Counted from the stretch's first letter, positions 43,711-59,035 are shown. The stretch: DNA of 64,000 nt from Eledone cirrhosa (GCA_964016885.1 CAXHJY010001531.1:1-64000); one strand, 5' to 3'. Made by a program: numbers and translations. Notes: generated by a model from the sequence alone, not told the origin.

Positions 43711-43795
43711 CTATATATATATATATATATGTGTCTATATATATATATATGTGTCTATATATATATATATGTGACTATATATATATATATGTGTC

Positions 43796-43826
<31 letters not shown>

Positions 43827-43843
43827 CTATATATATATATATA

Positions 43844-43884
<41 letters not shown>

Positions 43885-43901
43885 ATAAATATATATATAC
43901 A

Positions 43902-43940
<39 letters not shown>

Positions 43941-44074
43941 CTATATATATATATATATGTGTGTGTGTCTATATATATATATATGTGTGTGTCTATATAT
44001 AAGTATGTGTGTATATATACACTCAAACATATATATAGACACACACATATATATATCATCATATATATATATAT
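43482..44074. repeat. (TA)nGTGTC compound microsatellite
   Basis: Direct reading; same unit at 41031-41480. Confidence 0.95.
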
Positions 44075-44855
44075 CATCATCATTTAACGTCCATGTTCCA
44101 CGCTTGCATGGGTTTGGACGGGAGTTTTCCCACTTGAGGCAAGAGTGGTTGTCTTGCTCGCATAGGACTGTCTATGTTTCTACAGCTGGAGGCCCTTCCT
44201 AACACCAACCACATTTACAGTGTGGGGCTGGCAGGTTCTTACCGTGTTGCCTACACGGCCACATTACAGCGTGGACTGTGTGTTTTTTTGTCGTGACACC
44301 TACACGATCTCATTTGTTTTGGCCTGGATGTTGTGGCACCAACATAACTTTACATTGAAAGGGGCGGTGTGGATGGGGTGGGGGTGGTGGGACGGGGGTG
44401 TATTTTGTTAGAGATGCCTACTGACTGTAGTAGGTTTTACTTTGTATTTAGGTAAGGCGGGTCTTCTCTATTACTGAGTACCGCCAAAGATCTCGGTCCA
44501 GTGACATTGTCTTGGAGAGGTATAAGTGTGTGAGGTCGGAATTTATCAGGTCGTCCCAGGTTTTTCTGGGTCTGCCTACTCCGTGGCTACCGTCTATCTT
44601 TATTGCCCTGCACTTTTTTATACAGCTGTCATCTTTCATGCGCATCACGTGACCATACCAACGTAGCCTTCTCGTGAGTAAACAACATCTGATCCCTCTT
44701 ATTTCTAATTTTTCCCTTAGTTCGTTTATGCTTTGCCGTTCACGTATTTTACTATTACACATCCAGCGGAGCATGCAAGCTTCGTTCCTCTCTAGTCTGC
44801 ATATATCCTCTGCACACAATGCCCAGGTCTCACTGCCATGCAACATTGCTGTTCA
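44075..44855 (-). mobile_element. 5'-truncated RTE family 1
   Basis: ORF 44448-44846 nearly identical to the C-terminus of 50782-52899; 3' UTR and (GAT)n tail. Confidence 0.93.
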
Positions 44856-44966
44856 TACATATATATATATATATATATATAGACACATATATATATATAT
44901 ATATATATAGACATATATATATATATATATATATAGACATATATATATATATATATATATAGACAC

Positions 44967-44997
<31 letters not shown>

Positions 44998-45091
44998 TAT
45001 ATATATATATATATAGAGAGACACATATATATATATATATAGACACATATATATATATATATATATAGACACATATATATATATTTTTTTT

Positions 45092-45653
45092 AATTTTCTT
45101 ATTTTACGTCTTTCATATAATTGTTCTGCATCCCCCTGCATAGAACCACAAAGGTACTAAGACATAACATATATATTTGCTAACATGGGTGTACATCTGT
45201 ACACATATGTTGGTAGATGTACTAATTCTCTATATTTATCTCCAAATTATTTGTTGAGCAAAACTTGCCAAAATTTACTGCTGATTCATGGTAGTAGTAG
45301 GCTCTTGTCATAATACCACCCCGCTCCTAACTGATTAACCTCAGTGTCACATGATTGATTCTTTAGAATCTGCCACTGATCAGAGGCAGTGAATATTTTC
45401 AGTGCTCCGGAATTTAGTCCTCGCTAGCTTTATTCCATCCACTGAATTATTATTATTTTTATATGGGTTCCTAGTGTCCGCGCATCGCCTGGGAACTTAG
45501 CTGAGAATAGACTCCCTGATGACGTAAGGAATTCTCTATAGTTATATTATGTAACTATATTTATCCCCTTACAGAAACTAATTAGTTGGAGTGAAAATTT
45601 TAGTAAGTAGATTTTTAATTTTTAAAATTTTCTTATTTTACGTCTTTCATATA
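45092..45653 (+). mobile_element. Non-coding PLE/retrozyme-like unit E12 bounded by 28-nt direct repeats (45092-45119 / 45626-45653)
   Basis: Direct repeat AATTTTCTTATTTTACGTCTTTCATATA; hammerhead at 45511-45592; tail stem-loop at 45123-45146. Confidence 0.8.
45511..45592 (+). ncRNA. Type I hammerhead with extended helix II (E12)
   Basis: actcc-CTGATGA-cgtaagg..(tatagtta/taactata)..ccttaca-GAAA-ctaattag-TT-ggagt. Confidence 0.88.
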
Positions 45654-45654
45654 G

Positions 45655-45725
<71 letters not shown>

Positions 45726-45968
45726 TATATATATAGACACATATATATATATAGACACACATATATATATAGACACACATATATATATATATAGACACAC
45801 ATATATATATATATAGACACACATATATATATATATAGACACACATATATATATATATAGACACATATATATATATATATAGACACATATATATATATAT
45901 ATAGACACATATATATATATATAGACACATATATATATATATAGACACATATATATATATATAGACAC

Positions 45969-46079
<111 letters not shown>

Positions 46080-46154
46080 TATATATATAGACACACACAT
46101 ATATATATATATAGAGACACACATATATATATATATAGACACATATATATATAT

Positions 46155-47229
46155 CTAAGGCGGGTAAAATTCAAGAGATCCATGGACGAGTTCTCTCCAG
46201 CGGTCTCTGTTCCTCATTATCGCTGCCATGTCCTGCATCTCCAACAGACCAGTGTCTGTCCTTAGGGCATCAACATACGTTAACTTTGGTCTTCCTCTTC
46301 TAGTGTGTCCATGTAGGGGCTCCCACAGGAGCACTGAGTGCAATGTCAACTCTGGATGTCGGTGAGCATGTCCAGCCAACCTCAGTCTCCTCTGTGTCAC
46401 TTTTGAGCTGACTTTTGGGATGCTCCCATACAGCTCTGAGTTTTTCATCCTCAGTGTATACTGATTAATGTTCAGAGCCATCCTCAGCATTCTCGTGTAG
46501 CACCCATCCACCATCTGAGTGAGTTTCTTGGTCAGTGTCCAAGTCTCAGACCCATACAGCAGCACAGACTCCACTACAGCAATGAAGAGGCGGATTTTCA
46601 GATCTCTACGAAGGTCCGACTTCCACACCGATCTCAAGCTGTGGCACGCCGCCCAGGCCTTTCTCTTCCTCTCAACCACATCATCTTCCGTATTCCCAAT
46701 CTTTGCTCCCAAATACAGGAAGTCCTCAACCAATTCCAGCAGCTTCCCGCCTACATTAGTGATCCCCTCTGGCTTCTCAACATTCTCTACCAGATATTTT
46801 ATTTTAGTCTCATTCATTCTCAGCCCCACACTCATCGACACAGTCTCAACCTCCCGCATTAAATCCTCTGCCTCCTTCACTGTATTTGTCACCAAAACTA
46901 TGTCGTCGGCAAATTCAGCATCTGATACCTTTTTCGCCCTAACTCTCCTGCTCTGAGCCGGTGCTACAGTAAAGCCAGAGTCCTGATGTTTCTCCAGTGC
47001 AAGGCGCATACAATAGTCCACTACGATGATGAAAAGGTAGGGACCCAATGTATCTCCCTGGAGCACTCCAGCCAGTATCTCAAAGAACACTGTCATCCCA
47101 TCAGGTGTAATGACTTGGGCTTTGGTGTTGGTGTAGAGCAGTGATATCAGGTCCACTATCTTCTTGGGGATTCCATAAGCCTGTAAGATCTTCATCAGGC
47201 AGTAACGGTCCACAGAATCAAAGGCCTTC
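46155..47229 (-). mobile_element. 5'-truncated RTE-like LINE (family 2), open RT C-terminal frame
   Basis: [50 protein letters not shown]; the stop codon abuts the TA array. Confidence 0.9.
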
Positions 47230-47243
47230 ATATATATATATAG

Positions 47244-47290
<47 letters not shown>

Positions 47291-47499
47291 TATATATATA
47301 TATATATATAGACACATATATATATATATATAGACACATATATATATATATATAGACACATATATATATATATAGACACATATATATATATAGACACATA
47401 TATATATATATATAGACACATATATATATATATATATAGAGACACATATATATATAGAGACACATATATATATATAGAGACACATATATATATATAGAG

Positions 47500-47540
<41 letters not shown>

Positions 47541-47689
47541 TATATATATATAGACACACATATATATAGACACACATATATATATAGACACACACAAATA
47601 TATATATATATAGACACACACACATATATATATATATATAGACACACATATATATATATATATATAGACACACATATATATATATATAG

Positions 47690-47736
<47 letters not shown>

Positions 47737-47751
47737 TATATATATATATAG

Positions 47752-47798
<47 letters not shown>

Positions 47799-47853
47799 TA
47801 TATATATATATAGATATATAGACACACATATATATATATATATAGATATATAG

Positions 47854-47948
<95 letters not shown>

Positions 47949-48037
47949 GACACATATATATATATAGACACATATATATATATATATAGACACATATATA
48001 TATATATATAGACACACATATATATATATATATATAG

Positions 48038-48122
<85 letters not shown>

Positions 48123-48610
48123 TATATATATATATATAGACACACATATATATATATATATAGAGACACATATATATATATATAGAGACACACATATATA
48201 TATATAGAGACACACATAATATATAGACACATATATATATATAGACACATATATATATATAGAGAGACACATATATATATATATAGAGACACATATATAT
48301 ATATATAGAGACATGTATATATATATAGAGACACATATATATATATATAGAGAGAGAGACACACACATATATATATATATAGAGAGAGAGACACACATAT
48401 ATATATAGAGACACATATATATATATAGAGACACACATATATATATATAGAGACACATATATATATATAGAGACACACATATATATATATAGAGACACAC
48501 ATATATATATATAGAAACACACATATATATATATAGAGACACACATATATATATATAGAGACACACATATATATATAGAGAGACACACATATATATATAT
48601 ATATATAGAG

Positions 48611-48681
<71 letters not shown>

Positions 48682-48770
48682 TATAGAGACACACACACAT
48701 ATATATATATATATAGAGAGAGAGAGACACACATATATATATATAGAGACACATATATATATATAGAGAG

Positions 48771-48803
<33 letters not shown>

Positions 48804-50392
48804 GACATATATATATATATATAGACACATATATATATAGAGAGACACATATATATATATAGAGACACATATATATATATATAGACACACATATATATAT
48901 ATAGAGACACATATATATATATATAGAGACACATATATATATATAGAGACACATATATATATATATATATAGACACATATATATATATATAGAGACACAT
49001 ATATATATATATAGAGACACATATATATATATAGAGACACACATATATATATATAGAGACATATATATATATATAGACACACATATATATATATATAGAG
49101 ACACACATATATATATATAGAGAGACACATATATATATAGAGAGAGACACACATATATATATATAGAGAGACACACATATATATATATAGAGAGACACAC
49201 ATATATATATATAGAGAGACACACATATATATATATAGAGAGACACACATATATATATATAGAGAGACACATATATATATATAGAGACACACATATATAT
49301 ATATATAGACACACATATATATATATATAGACACACATATATATATATATAGACACACATATATATATATATAGACACACATATATATATATATAGACAC
49401 ACACATATATATATATATATATAGACACACATATATATATATATATATATAGACATATATATATAGACACATATATATATATATAGACACACATATATAT
49501 ATATAGAGACACATATATATATATAGAGACACATATATATATATAGAGACACATATATATAGAGAGACACACACATATATATATATATAGAGACACACAT
49601 ATATATATATAGAGAGACACACATATATAAATATAGAGACACACATATATATATATAGAGAGACACACATATATATATATATAGAGAGACACACATATAT
49701 ATATATATAGAGAGACACACATATATATATAGAGACACATATATATATATATAGAGACACACATATATATATAGAGACACATATATATATATATAGAGAC
49801 ACATATATATATATAGAGACACATATATATATATAGAGAGACACATATATATATATATATAGAGACACATATATATATATATATAGAGACACATATATAT
49901 ATATATATAGAGACACATATATATATATATATATATAGAGACACATATATATATATATATAGAGACACATATATATATATAGAGAGAGACACATATATAT
50001 ATATAGAGAGAGAGACACACATATATATATATATAGAGAGACACACATATATATATATAGAGACACACATATATATATAGAGAGACACACATATATATAT
50101 ATAGAGACACATATATATATATAGAGACACACATATATATATATAGACACACATATATATATATATATAGAGACACATATATATATATAGAGAGAGACAC
50201 ATATATATATATAGAGAGAGACAGACACATATATATATATAGAGAGACACACATATATATATATATAGAGACACACATATATATATATATAGAGAGAGAG
50301 AGACACACATATATATATATAGAGAGACACACATATATATATAGAGACACACATATATATATATAGACACACATATATATATATAGAGACAC

Positions 50393-50425
<33 letters not shown>

Positions 50426-50461
50426 CACACACATATATATATACATACACACACACACATA

Positions 50462-50532
<71 letters not shown>
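47230..50532. repeat. 3.3-kb (TA)nGACAC / (TA)nGAGAC compound microsatellite
   Basis: Direct reading; same unit at 44856-45083 and 45654-46154. Confidence 0.96.
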
Positions 50533-50534
<2 letters not shown>

Positions 50535-52899
50535 TAAATCCCTCCCCCATGAAGAATGCAACTCCCAACATAGACTGATAATTAGCGACCTCATAGTCAG
50601 GACGAGACGTACTCGACAACAGAAGAGGACTATCCTCAGGAGGAAAATATGGAAGTTAAAGGACCCCACAGCCAGGAATAAATTTCAAAGCATATTACTT
50701 GATGCTTTCGACAGTAAGGAAGAACATTTAGAGTCGGACAATATAGAGGGAGAGTGGGAATTTCTGAAAGCAAACCTGCTGTTGGCGACAGACGAGGTCT
50801 GTGGCTGGAGCAGGCCTGTAGGCAGGAGGAGAGTAACATGGTGGTGGAACAGTAAGGTGGAGGGGTCAATTAAGGCCAAAAAGCAGGCTTGGAAAGTATG
50901 GCGGGATGGGGGAAGTAGAGAGGACTATCAAGTGGCCAGGAGGGAAGCTAGGAGACAAGTGTACTTAGCAAGAAGGGAAGCTGAGGAAAGAAAGTTCAAG
51001 CATGTTCTACAACGCGATGACCAAAAACGTGAGGTGTTCAGGATTGCTAGGCAATGCGTCAAGGAAAACCGTGATATTGTCGGGGAGAAGTGTGTACTAA
51101 ACGACGATGGCACACTTGCCATCACCGACGCTGATAAGAAGGTAGCTTGGAAGTGTCACTATGAAAGGCTTCTAAATGAGGAGAATAATTGGGAGAAAGG
51201 CAGTCTCCCCCATATCGACCCAATAGAGGGACCAGCAGTGTTAGTCGAGGGGAGTATAATAAGTAAGGCAATCAAGGATATGAAGACTGGTAAGGCGGCT
51301 GGGCCTTCGGAAATAGTTGCTGAGATGCTGAAGGCATCTGGCACGGTGGGACACACCATGGTCACCCGCATAGTTAACCAAGTCGTACAAAACGGGGTTG
51401 TTCCGAAGGACTGGCATAGCAGCATCATCGTTAACTGTTATAAGGGTAAAGGAGACGCCCTAGATAGGAGTAACTATAGAGGCATTAAATTAATCGACCA
51501 GGTCATGAAGGTCACGGAAAGAGTAATAGCGCAGCTAATCAGAGAGAGAATTGACCTAGATGAAATGCAGTTCGGGTTTGTGTCAGGCAAAAGTACCACA
51601 GACGCTCTTTTCATAGTACGACAACTACAAGAGAAGTACCTAGCTAAAGGTAAACCCCTCTACTTAGCTTTTGTCGACTTGGAGAAAGCCTTCGACAGAG
51701 TCCCCCGCTCCATTATCTGGTGGGCTCTTAGAAAACTAGGCGTTGACGAATGGCTTGTGAGGGCTATACAAGCCATGTATAAAGAAACAGTCAGCAAGGT
51801 TAGAATTAACAACGAATATAGTGAAGAGTTTAGCGTAAAAGTCGGCGTCCATCAGGGCTCTGTTCTCAGTCCACTACTATTTATTATTGCCCTTCAGGCC
51901 ATAACAGAGGAGTTCAAGACAGGCTGCCCATGGGAACTCCTATACGCAGACGACCTGACACTCATAGCGGAATCAATGGCCGAGCTAGAGAAGAAATTCC
52001 AAACATGGAAGCACGGCCTAGAGTCAAAAGGACTTAAAATTAACCTGGCTAAGACCAAAGTACTAGTTTGTAGGAAAGAAAACAAGGCGGCGGTCCCTTC
52101 TGGGAAATGGTCGTGCTCGGTGTGTAGGAAAGGCGTAGGTAGAAACTCCATTTTATGTCCTAAATGCAAAGTATGGGTGCATAAAAGATGTAGTGGGATC
52201 ACAGGTAGGCTAACTAAGAACATAGATTTTACATGTGGCCGGTGCTCTGGTGCAATAAGTAGCAGCAAGTGCCCACAAACTACTAGCTCTTTCAATTGCG
52301 CAGAGGGTTCTATAGAAATAGTGGACAGCTTCCGTTACCTGGGCGATAAAATCAGCAGTGGGGGAGGGTGCTCTGAAAGTACTGTAGCTAGAGTCAGAAC
52401 TGGTTGGAAAAAGTTCAGAGAGCTTATACCACTATTAGCTGCTAAAGGGTTCTCACTAAAAATGAAAGGCAGGTTGTACGATGCCTGCATACGAACAGCA
52501 ATGCTGCATGGCAGTGAGACCTGGGCATTGTGTGCAGAGGATATACGCAGACTAGAGAGGAACGAAGCTTGCATGCTCCGCTGGATGTGTAACAGTAATA
52601 TACGTGAACGGCAAAGCATAAACGAACTAAGGAATAAATTAGAGATAAGAGGGATCAGATGTTGTTTACTCGAGAGAAGGCTACGTTGGTATGGACACGT
52701 GATGCGCATGAAAGTCGATAGCTGTATAACAAAGTGCAGGGCAATAAAGATAGACGGTAGTCACGGAATAGGCAGACCTAGAAAAACCTGGGACGAGCTG
52801 ATAAACTCCGACATCACACACTTACACCTCTCCAAGACAATGTCACTGGACCGAGACCTTTGGCGGTACTCAGTAACAGAGAAGACCCGCCTTACCTAA
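50533..52899 (+). CDS. RTE ORF fragment: APE C-terminus (QHRL), RT, PHD-like finger, C-terminal domain
   Basis: Frame is open from 50533; motifs [40 protein letters not shown]4HC3 finger. Confidence 0.9.
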
Positions 52900-53291
52900 A
52901 TATATAGTAAAACCTACTCCAGCCAGTAGGCATCTCTAACAAATACACCCCGTCCCACCACCCCCACCCGATCCACACCCCCCCGTTCTATGTAAAGTTA
53001 TGTTGGTGCCGCGCCATCGAGGCCGAAACAAATGAGATCGTGTAGGTGTCACGACAAAAAAACACACAGTCCACGCTGTAATGTGGCCGTGTAGGCAACA
53101 CGGTAAAAACCTCCCAGACCCACACTGTAAATGTGGTTGGTGTTAGGAAGGGCATCCAACTGTAGAAAACCTGCCAGACAGTCCTATGCGAGCAAGACAA
53201 TCACTCTTGCCTCAAGTGGGACTACCCCCGTCCAAACCCATGCAAGCGTGGAACACGGACGTTAAACGCTGATGATGATGATGATGATGAT
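50533..53291 (+). mobile_element. Longest RTE family 1 copy, 5'-truncated within the APE endonuclease
   Basis: Open frame, ~390-nt 3' region and (GAT)n tail. Confidence 0.95.
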
Positions 53292-54391
53292 TATAACGCC
53301 CTTCAAGCATGGCAATGAGTATCATAGAAATGAAAAATGAACTAACAAGCCTAATAGCTGAGAAGAGGAAGCTGTTGAGAAATGTGGTACTTAGATTTTC
53401 TTTAAAAAAAAAAATGAAAGTGTCAAGAAGCTCATAATGAGTTGTTGTTAATGTTGACTGAGAAAGGCATTCATTGATAACTTCCCTCTCCTCAAGCTAA
53501 TGCTGACAGAATAGTAGTGGAAAAGAGCAGAAAGAAGCAGTTCTATATAATGTCTCTACACCATTATATAAGATATTTTCTTTCAATTTTATTCTCACTT
53601 CATATAGGAATAGTGCTGAATAGATAACTTCTGCAAACAGACAATGTTTATTCTATTTAAATTGAAACCCTACAGTGTTAGGAACTAATTTAGCTGTGAG
53701 ATTTATATTAATCAGATCAACTTTAAAGATATTTTTTCTTTGATTTCTATGCTGACATATATCACTGGATTGATTCTATGCACAAATTTTAAATTCATAC
53801 CAAGGATATGGTATGTGCTGACGTTCGTTTCTTTTTTCTCGTACACATTAGTAAAAGTAAAAGATCAACAACTGTAAACTGAAACCTCACCAAGTAGTCA
53901 TTATGGCAATTAAATTTTGATTACCTCCACAATACTTGAATTATAATTTCTAGAAAGTTTTTTGTTTAAGATTCTGCAACTAATTTCACATTTTAATGAA
54001 CACAAATTAAACTGACCTTCCTTACATTTACCAATCAACCATAAATTAAGTCATGGGCAAACTGCAGCCTGCGAGCTATTTGCGGCCCATTTGGCTTGCT
54101 GAATGTCACGTGTAATCTCAAAATTGCCTTGAATTATTTTGTAGTGCGGCCTGCCTTATGATGAGCCACATTCTCTGCAGTCCATTACTAAAAAAAGGTT
54201 GCCCGTGCCTGCATTAATCTCCGATATAGAATATTTAAATTTTAAAATCTATTCTACTTGGTAGTTTGAGATTACAATTTTACATTCATATCGTTTTTCT
54301 TTTGAGCTTTTTTCACATGATAAAGACTGGGATTATTTTACAAATTTTACCAAGACTGAATATTCCAGAAACAGTTGGTTTGAGACTGATA

Positions 54392-54653
54392 TTATCATCA
54401 TCATCATTTAACATCCATTGTCCATGCTAGCATGGGTTAGATGGATTGTCCACTTGAGGCAAGTTGGGTCAGATGACTGTGTCTTGCTCATATAGAACTG
54501 TTTCTAGCTAAGTTTCTTCAGCTAGATGCCATTCCTAACACCAACTACATTTATAGTGTGTGTTGGGTGCTTTTTGTCATGACTCCTACACGACCACTTT
54601 GCTGTGTGGGCTGGATGATTTTTGTCATGACACCTACATGACCACCTTACAGT
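54392..54653 (-). mobile_element. Diverged RTE-type 3' end
   Basis: (CAT)n tail and 3' UTR motifs. Confidence 0.75.
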
Positions 54654-55140
54654 AGATATATATACAACAGATTATAATCAGGTATGACTGGTTAAGAAAT
54701 TTGATTCACAATCATGTGGTCCCAGGTTCAATCCCACTGTGCACAATTTTGCGAAAATCTCTTCTCCTATAGCCTTGGATCAACTGAAACCATATGAAAT
54801 TAGGTAGAAAGAAACTAAGCAAAAGCCCAACTTATTGATTTTTCAGAGTTTTTCAACCACAGCCACCTCTTATTCCAGCCCCCACCACTATTATTTGGGA
54901 CCCAAGAATACTTTTAATGAAGTCCATTCTGTTTGAAGCATTTGAACCTGGTCTTTGGTCAGAGAATAACTTGATTGAGTTGTTGCTCTTTCTATGCTAG
55001 AAAGCCATTAATAATGTCCCTTCCACCTCCTCTCACCTATCACCACTAATATGTATGAGCTACACTGAACTTATGTAACATAAAAAATTGCTGGTAGTTT
55101 CTGAATAAGCAGCCTACCCTCTCCTGTAATTTTTATATTT

Positions 55141-55435
55141 TACTAGATGAGGGCAACGTCTTCTCCCTCTTTCTGTCACACACTCTCCCTCACCTTCCCT
55201 CTAAACAAATGGCGTTTCTTTTTCTCTCTCTAATTATGTACATCTCTTTTGCTTGGCGCTCTCCCACTCTCTTCTATATAGATGAGGGTGACGTCGTAAC
55301 TTTCTGTCACCTCGAAAACACACGGCGTTCCTTTTTTCTCTATCTATATACATAGCTCTCGCTTGGCACTCCCCCTCTATCTATAAAGTGAGCGTGACGG
55401 ACGGACAGAAACAACATTCTTATAATATAGATTAG
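55141..55435 (+). mobile_element. Helitron/Helentron-associated non-autonomous element (tentative)
   Basis: ACTAG start, internal ~135-bp duplication, ACGGACGGACAGA...TTATAATATAGAT end. Confidence 0.45.
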
Positions 55436-57011
55436 ATTTTTCAAAAATTGCTTTGGATTACTAAAATTACGTTTTTGAAATAAATAAAATAAATAATAAA
55501 ACTTTGGAAATTTTCATTTTTTTAACAAGCAGCTAATAACCTTTTAATTTTTAAATCTTTTTATTTATTTATTTGTTTATTGTTTCTGAATTACGTATTA
55601 GACATAAAAGAAATTCAATACTTAACCCCACCCTATTCTCTCTTTCGGAGTACATAAACAACTATAACTTTATTACGTTGGATTTTTTTTTTTTTGACAG
55701 TTTTTCCTTCAATGATTCTACCAATTTTTTGGGGAAACAATAATACTAATAATAAAAAGGGTATAGAGGCGAGGGTGATTATTCCGAAACTTTGCCAAAT
55801 TGATTCAAATATAATTCCTCACTTTGCAGTTGTTTTCTTATTACCTTACATTTATTTTATCTTCTAAATGTAACCATGTTTTTCATGCTACAAAATTATA
55901 GGTGATTTTTTTCATTATTATTACACCCGTCTTATGGAGTTCTTGGGTGGGGGAACGGTAGAAAACGAGTAATTTTACAGCGGTTTTGAAGGCTATATTC
56001 GTTCAAAACACAAAATATCAGGAAAAACATAAATGTCACCTTCAAAATTCTAACGAAACCTATAAACTAACTACCCTTCAAATTATTACATTTTTTTAAA
56101 CTATTACACAAATTTCAGTGATGGGTGTAATAATAAAAATTTACTAATTATCTTTCCATATGCACAATCCTTAAAACGTAATTACCCGGGGTAACGCTGC
56201 GAGCGTGCTGGCTTGCCTAAAAAATTAGAGAGGTTTCCTAGTGCTCCCGCGATATTGTTATCTTTTGCTCTGGCTGCGGTTCGTTTGTCCACCCCTTTCA
56301 TCTGCCTTTTGTTGTATGTGGTTCTAGATATGTATTATATGCTTGTGTGTTTTTTAAAATGTTTTCCTTTCACTTTCCTTTCTTTTTTTCTCTTTTTATT
56401 TGTAATATTATGTTGACGGTTATGCCTTAATAAACACATAATTTCATATTACTTTTCTAAATACCGTCAATCCTTAAGACTATTTTACCAGACGAAAACT
56501 CATAAAAGCGATTTCGTCTTATTGGATATATGACACTCATTCAATTAATGCACTGTCGGACAAAATTGGCCCTCATGACCTTGTAGTTGGTCGATGTATT
56601 TGAAGAAATTCAAATCTTTTCCTCTAACTTGCCCTCTGCCCTTGCGTCCAGGCTGACATGATGGAGAAGGACAGCGAGGGAGACGCACTAGAACAGCAAC
56701 ACCACCTCACGGGACTTGTACCTGCGGGCAGCCACCCACTCCGCTTCAAAAGCAGTGAGCAGAGATGTGGTCCGGGGCCAAGAACGCCGTGTCACTTCAA
56801 CTATGTCATCTCCCTCGCCCTATCTTTCTTTCCTATTCTTCTAAGTGTTCCTTTCAGTTTTATCTTGCAGTACGTTGATTTCTTACATTGGCACAAGGTG
56901 ATCGCGACGTCAGTAACAAGGCCGCAAACAGTGCGATGAAAATATTGATTTCTAACTTAAGCACAAGTCCAGCAAATTCGGAAGAAGGAACATTATTTTA
57001 TCGATCCTACG

Positions 57012-57402
57012 GGGGGTGGATTGGCAGTATCGGTAGAGGGTCGGACGCCATGCTTTCCAGCATAGTTACGTCCCTTTACGATCTGAGTTCAAATCCCGCC
57101 GAGGTTGACTTTGCCTTTCATCCTTACGGGGTCGATAAAATAAAGTACCAGTAATGAACTGGGTAATTGCTGGCCTTGTGCCTAAAGTAGAAACAATTAT
57201 TTTATCGATCCTAAGGGCGGTGAGTTGGCAGTATCGGTAGTGTGTCGGACATGCTTTCCAGCATAGTTACGTCCCTTTACGATCTGAGTTCAAATCCCGC
57301 CGAGGTTAACTTTGCCTTTCATCCTTACGGGGTCGATAAAATAAAGTACCAGTAATATACTGGAATAATTGCTGGCCTTGTGCCAAAAGTAGAAACAATT
57401 AT
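57012..57402 (+). mobile_element. Tandem pair of SINE family A copies
   Basis: Two ~190-200-bp units (57012-57200, 57215-57402), each with A/B boxes and core. Confidence 0.88.
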
Positions 57403-58819
57403 TTTATCGATCCTGGAAGGATAAAAGGTAAAATTGACCACAGCAAAGAGCCAAAACAAATAAATATCTTTTATCGGACGTAATACGAATTCTGCCAATC
57501 CACCTCCTTAAGTACCAACAAAATATTAACACCAAGAAATAAATGATAAATGTAAAGTAAAGTTAACATTTTGTTGTTATGTTTTTGAATGGCTCTAAAA
57601 GGACTCTCCTACGATATTGCTTCAGTTTTAACATAATCTCAGATTAAGTTACTTGCCAGACGAATACAATTTCGGGAAACAGTGAATTGATTTCAACCCG
57701 AACATACTCCTCATTGCTAACACATTTTCTTACAATTACAGTAACCTCGAACCATCTTGAAGCACAGCCTATAGTTTGGGTCATTTAATAGTTTAAGCGT
57801 AGATTGTTTAACTTATTTTGGTTAAACTTTGAAAAAACAAAATTGCCTTCAGATTTTTATTTTGCTAAAAAGATATTTTTTAAACTATAAAATATACTTT
57901 TAACAATATAACGAATCCCAATCCAATGCTTTATAAATGTAATTATATATTAATTACAAGGATAAAGAACACAAATATCTTGTAATAGTTGTATTGGTTT
58001 TCACAATAATGAAAGTAATGTGTAATTCAGCCTATACTAATGAAAGAATTACTACTCTAGATTTACTTTTCTGGAAATTTTAATTACAGTTATTTAAATT
58101 TATTAGGAATGAACATGTACTTTACAAACGTAAACAAAATATATTTATACACGCCAAATGCAAACGATATATAAATTTACAAATTGTTTATAATTCTTTC
58201 AGCATGAAAATATAAACACATATAATAAATACAATTAATTATAGCTATGAACCTCAAATATAACGCACAAAAATATATGACCAAAGCGAGAGAAAAGGGG
58301 AAACAAAAACAAACCATCAATTCACCACCAAGTGCGACAATCGGCCGCACACCACACCACAAGGGTCAACGAAGATTTTTGAGGCAAGCCAACACGCTTG
58401 CAGCATTACTGTGGGTGATTGCGAGGCTAAAGCGCTGAACTAACCAAGCACCCTCACAGGCCATCACCTGACACTTCGATAAAGCGAGTCGACAACGGTG
58501 ACAAAAGCTTCGTTGTCAGCGACCCAGCTCAACCAAACGTCTCGAAGGTCACAGATTGGAAAAAGATAGTTGTTTGATCGGAGTGTCGGCGACCCGTCTG
58601 AGTAGGGAACCCCCGCGAGGTTGGGTGGCTGCACTTCTGCCATCTTGCTCTAGGCCCAATTCCCCTCCTCACTCTTTTCTGCTACACCAGAGCTCTTGTC
58701 ATTCACTCCCTTTCCTGTTCTTTTTCTTCTTTCTTTCTCTCCTTTTTTTCTATATTTCCCTATTCTTTCTTTCCTTTTGTTACCCCTTCTTTTTTGATTA
58801 GTTATATATACATGTAGGA

Positions 58820-59035
58820 CTGTGTATTGGCAGTATCGGTAGAGGGTTGGAAGCCATATTTTGATGCAGAGTTACGGCCCTTTATGATCTGAGTTCAAAT
58901 CCCGCCGCGGTTAACTTTGACTTTCATCCTTACGGGGTCGATAAAATAAAGTACCAGTCACGCACTGGAATCGATTTAATCGACTTTCCCCTCCCCAAAA
59001 TTGCTGGCCTTGTGCCTATATAAGAAACCATTATT
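58820..59035 (+). mobile_element. SINE family A
   Basis: A/B boxes and core. Confidence 0.83.

Noticed and set aside
47230-50532. CRISPR-like or telomeric array
   Set aside because: No unique spacers, no cas genes and no TTAGGG; it is a compound microsatellite.
46155-50669. 1504-, 1133- and 1076-aa ORFs and the many other I/Y/C/V-rich ORFs
   Set aside because: They are translations of stop-free microsatellites; only 46155-47229 is real (RT).
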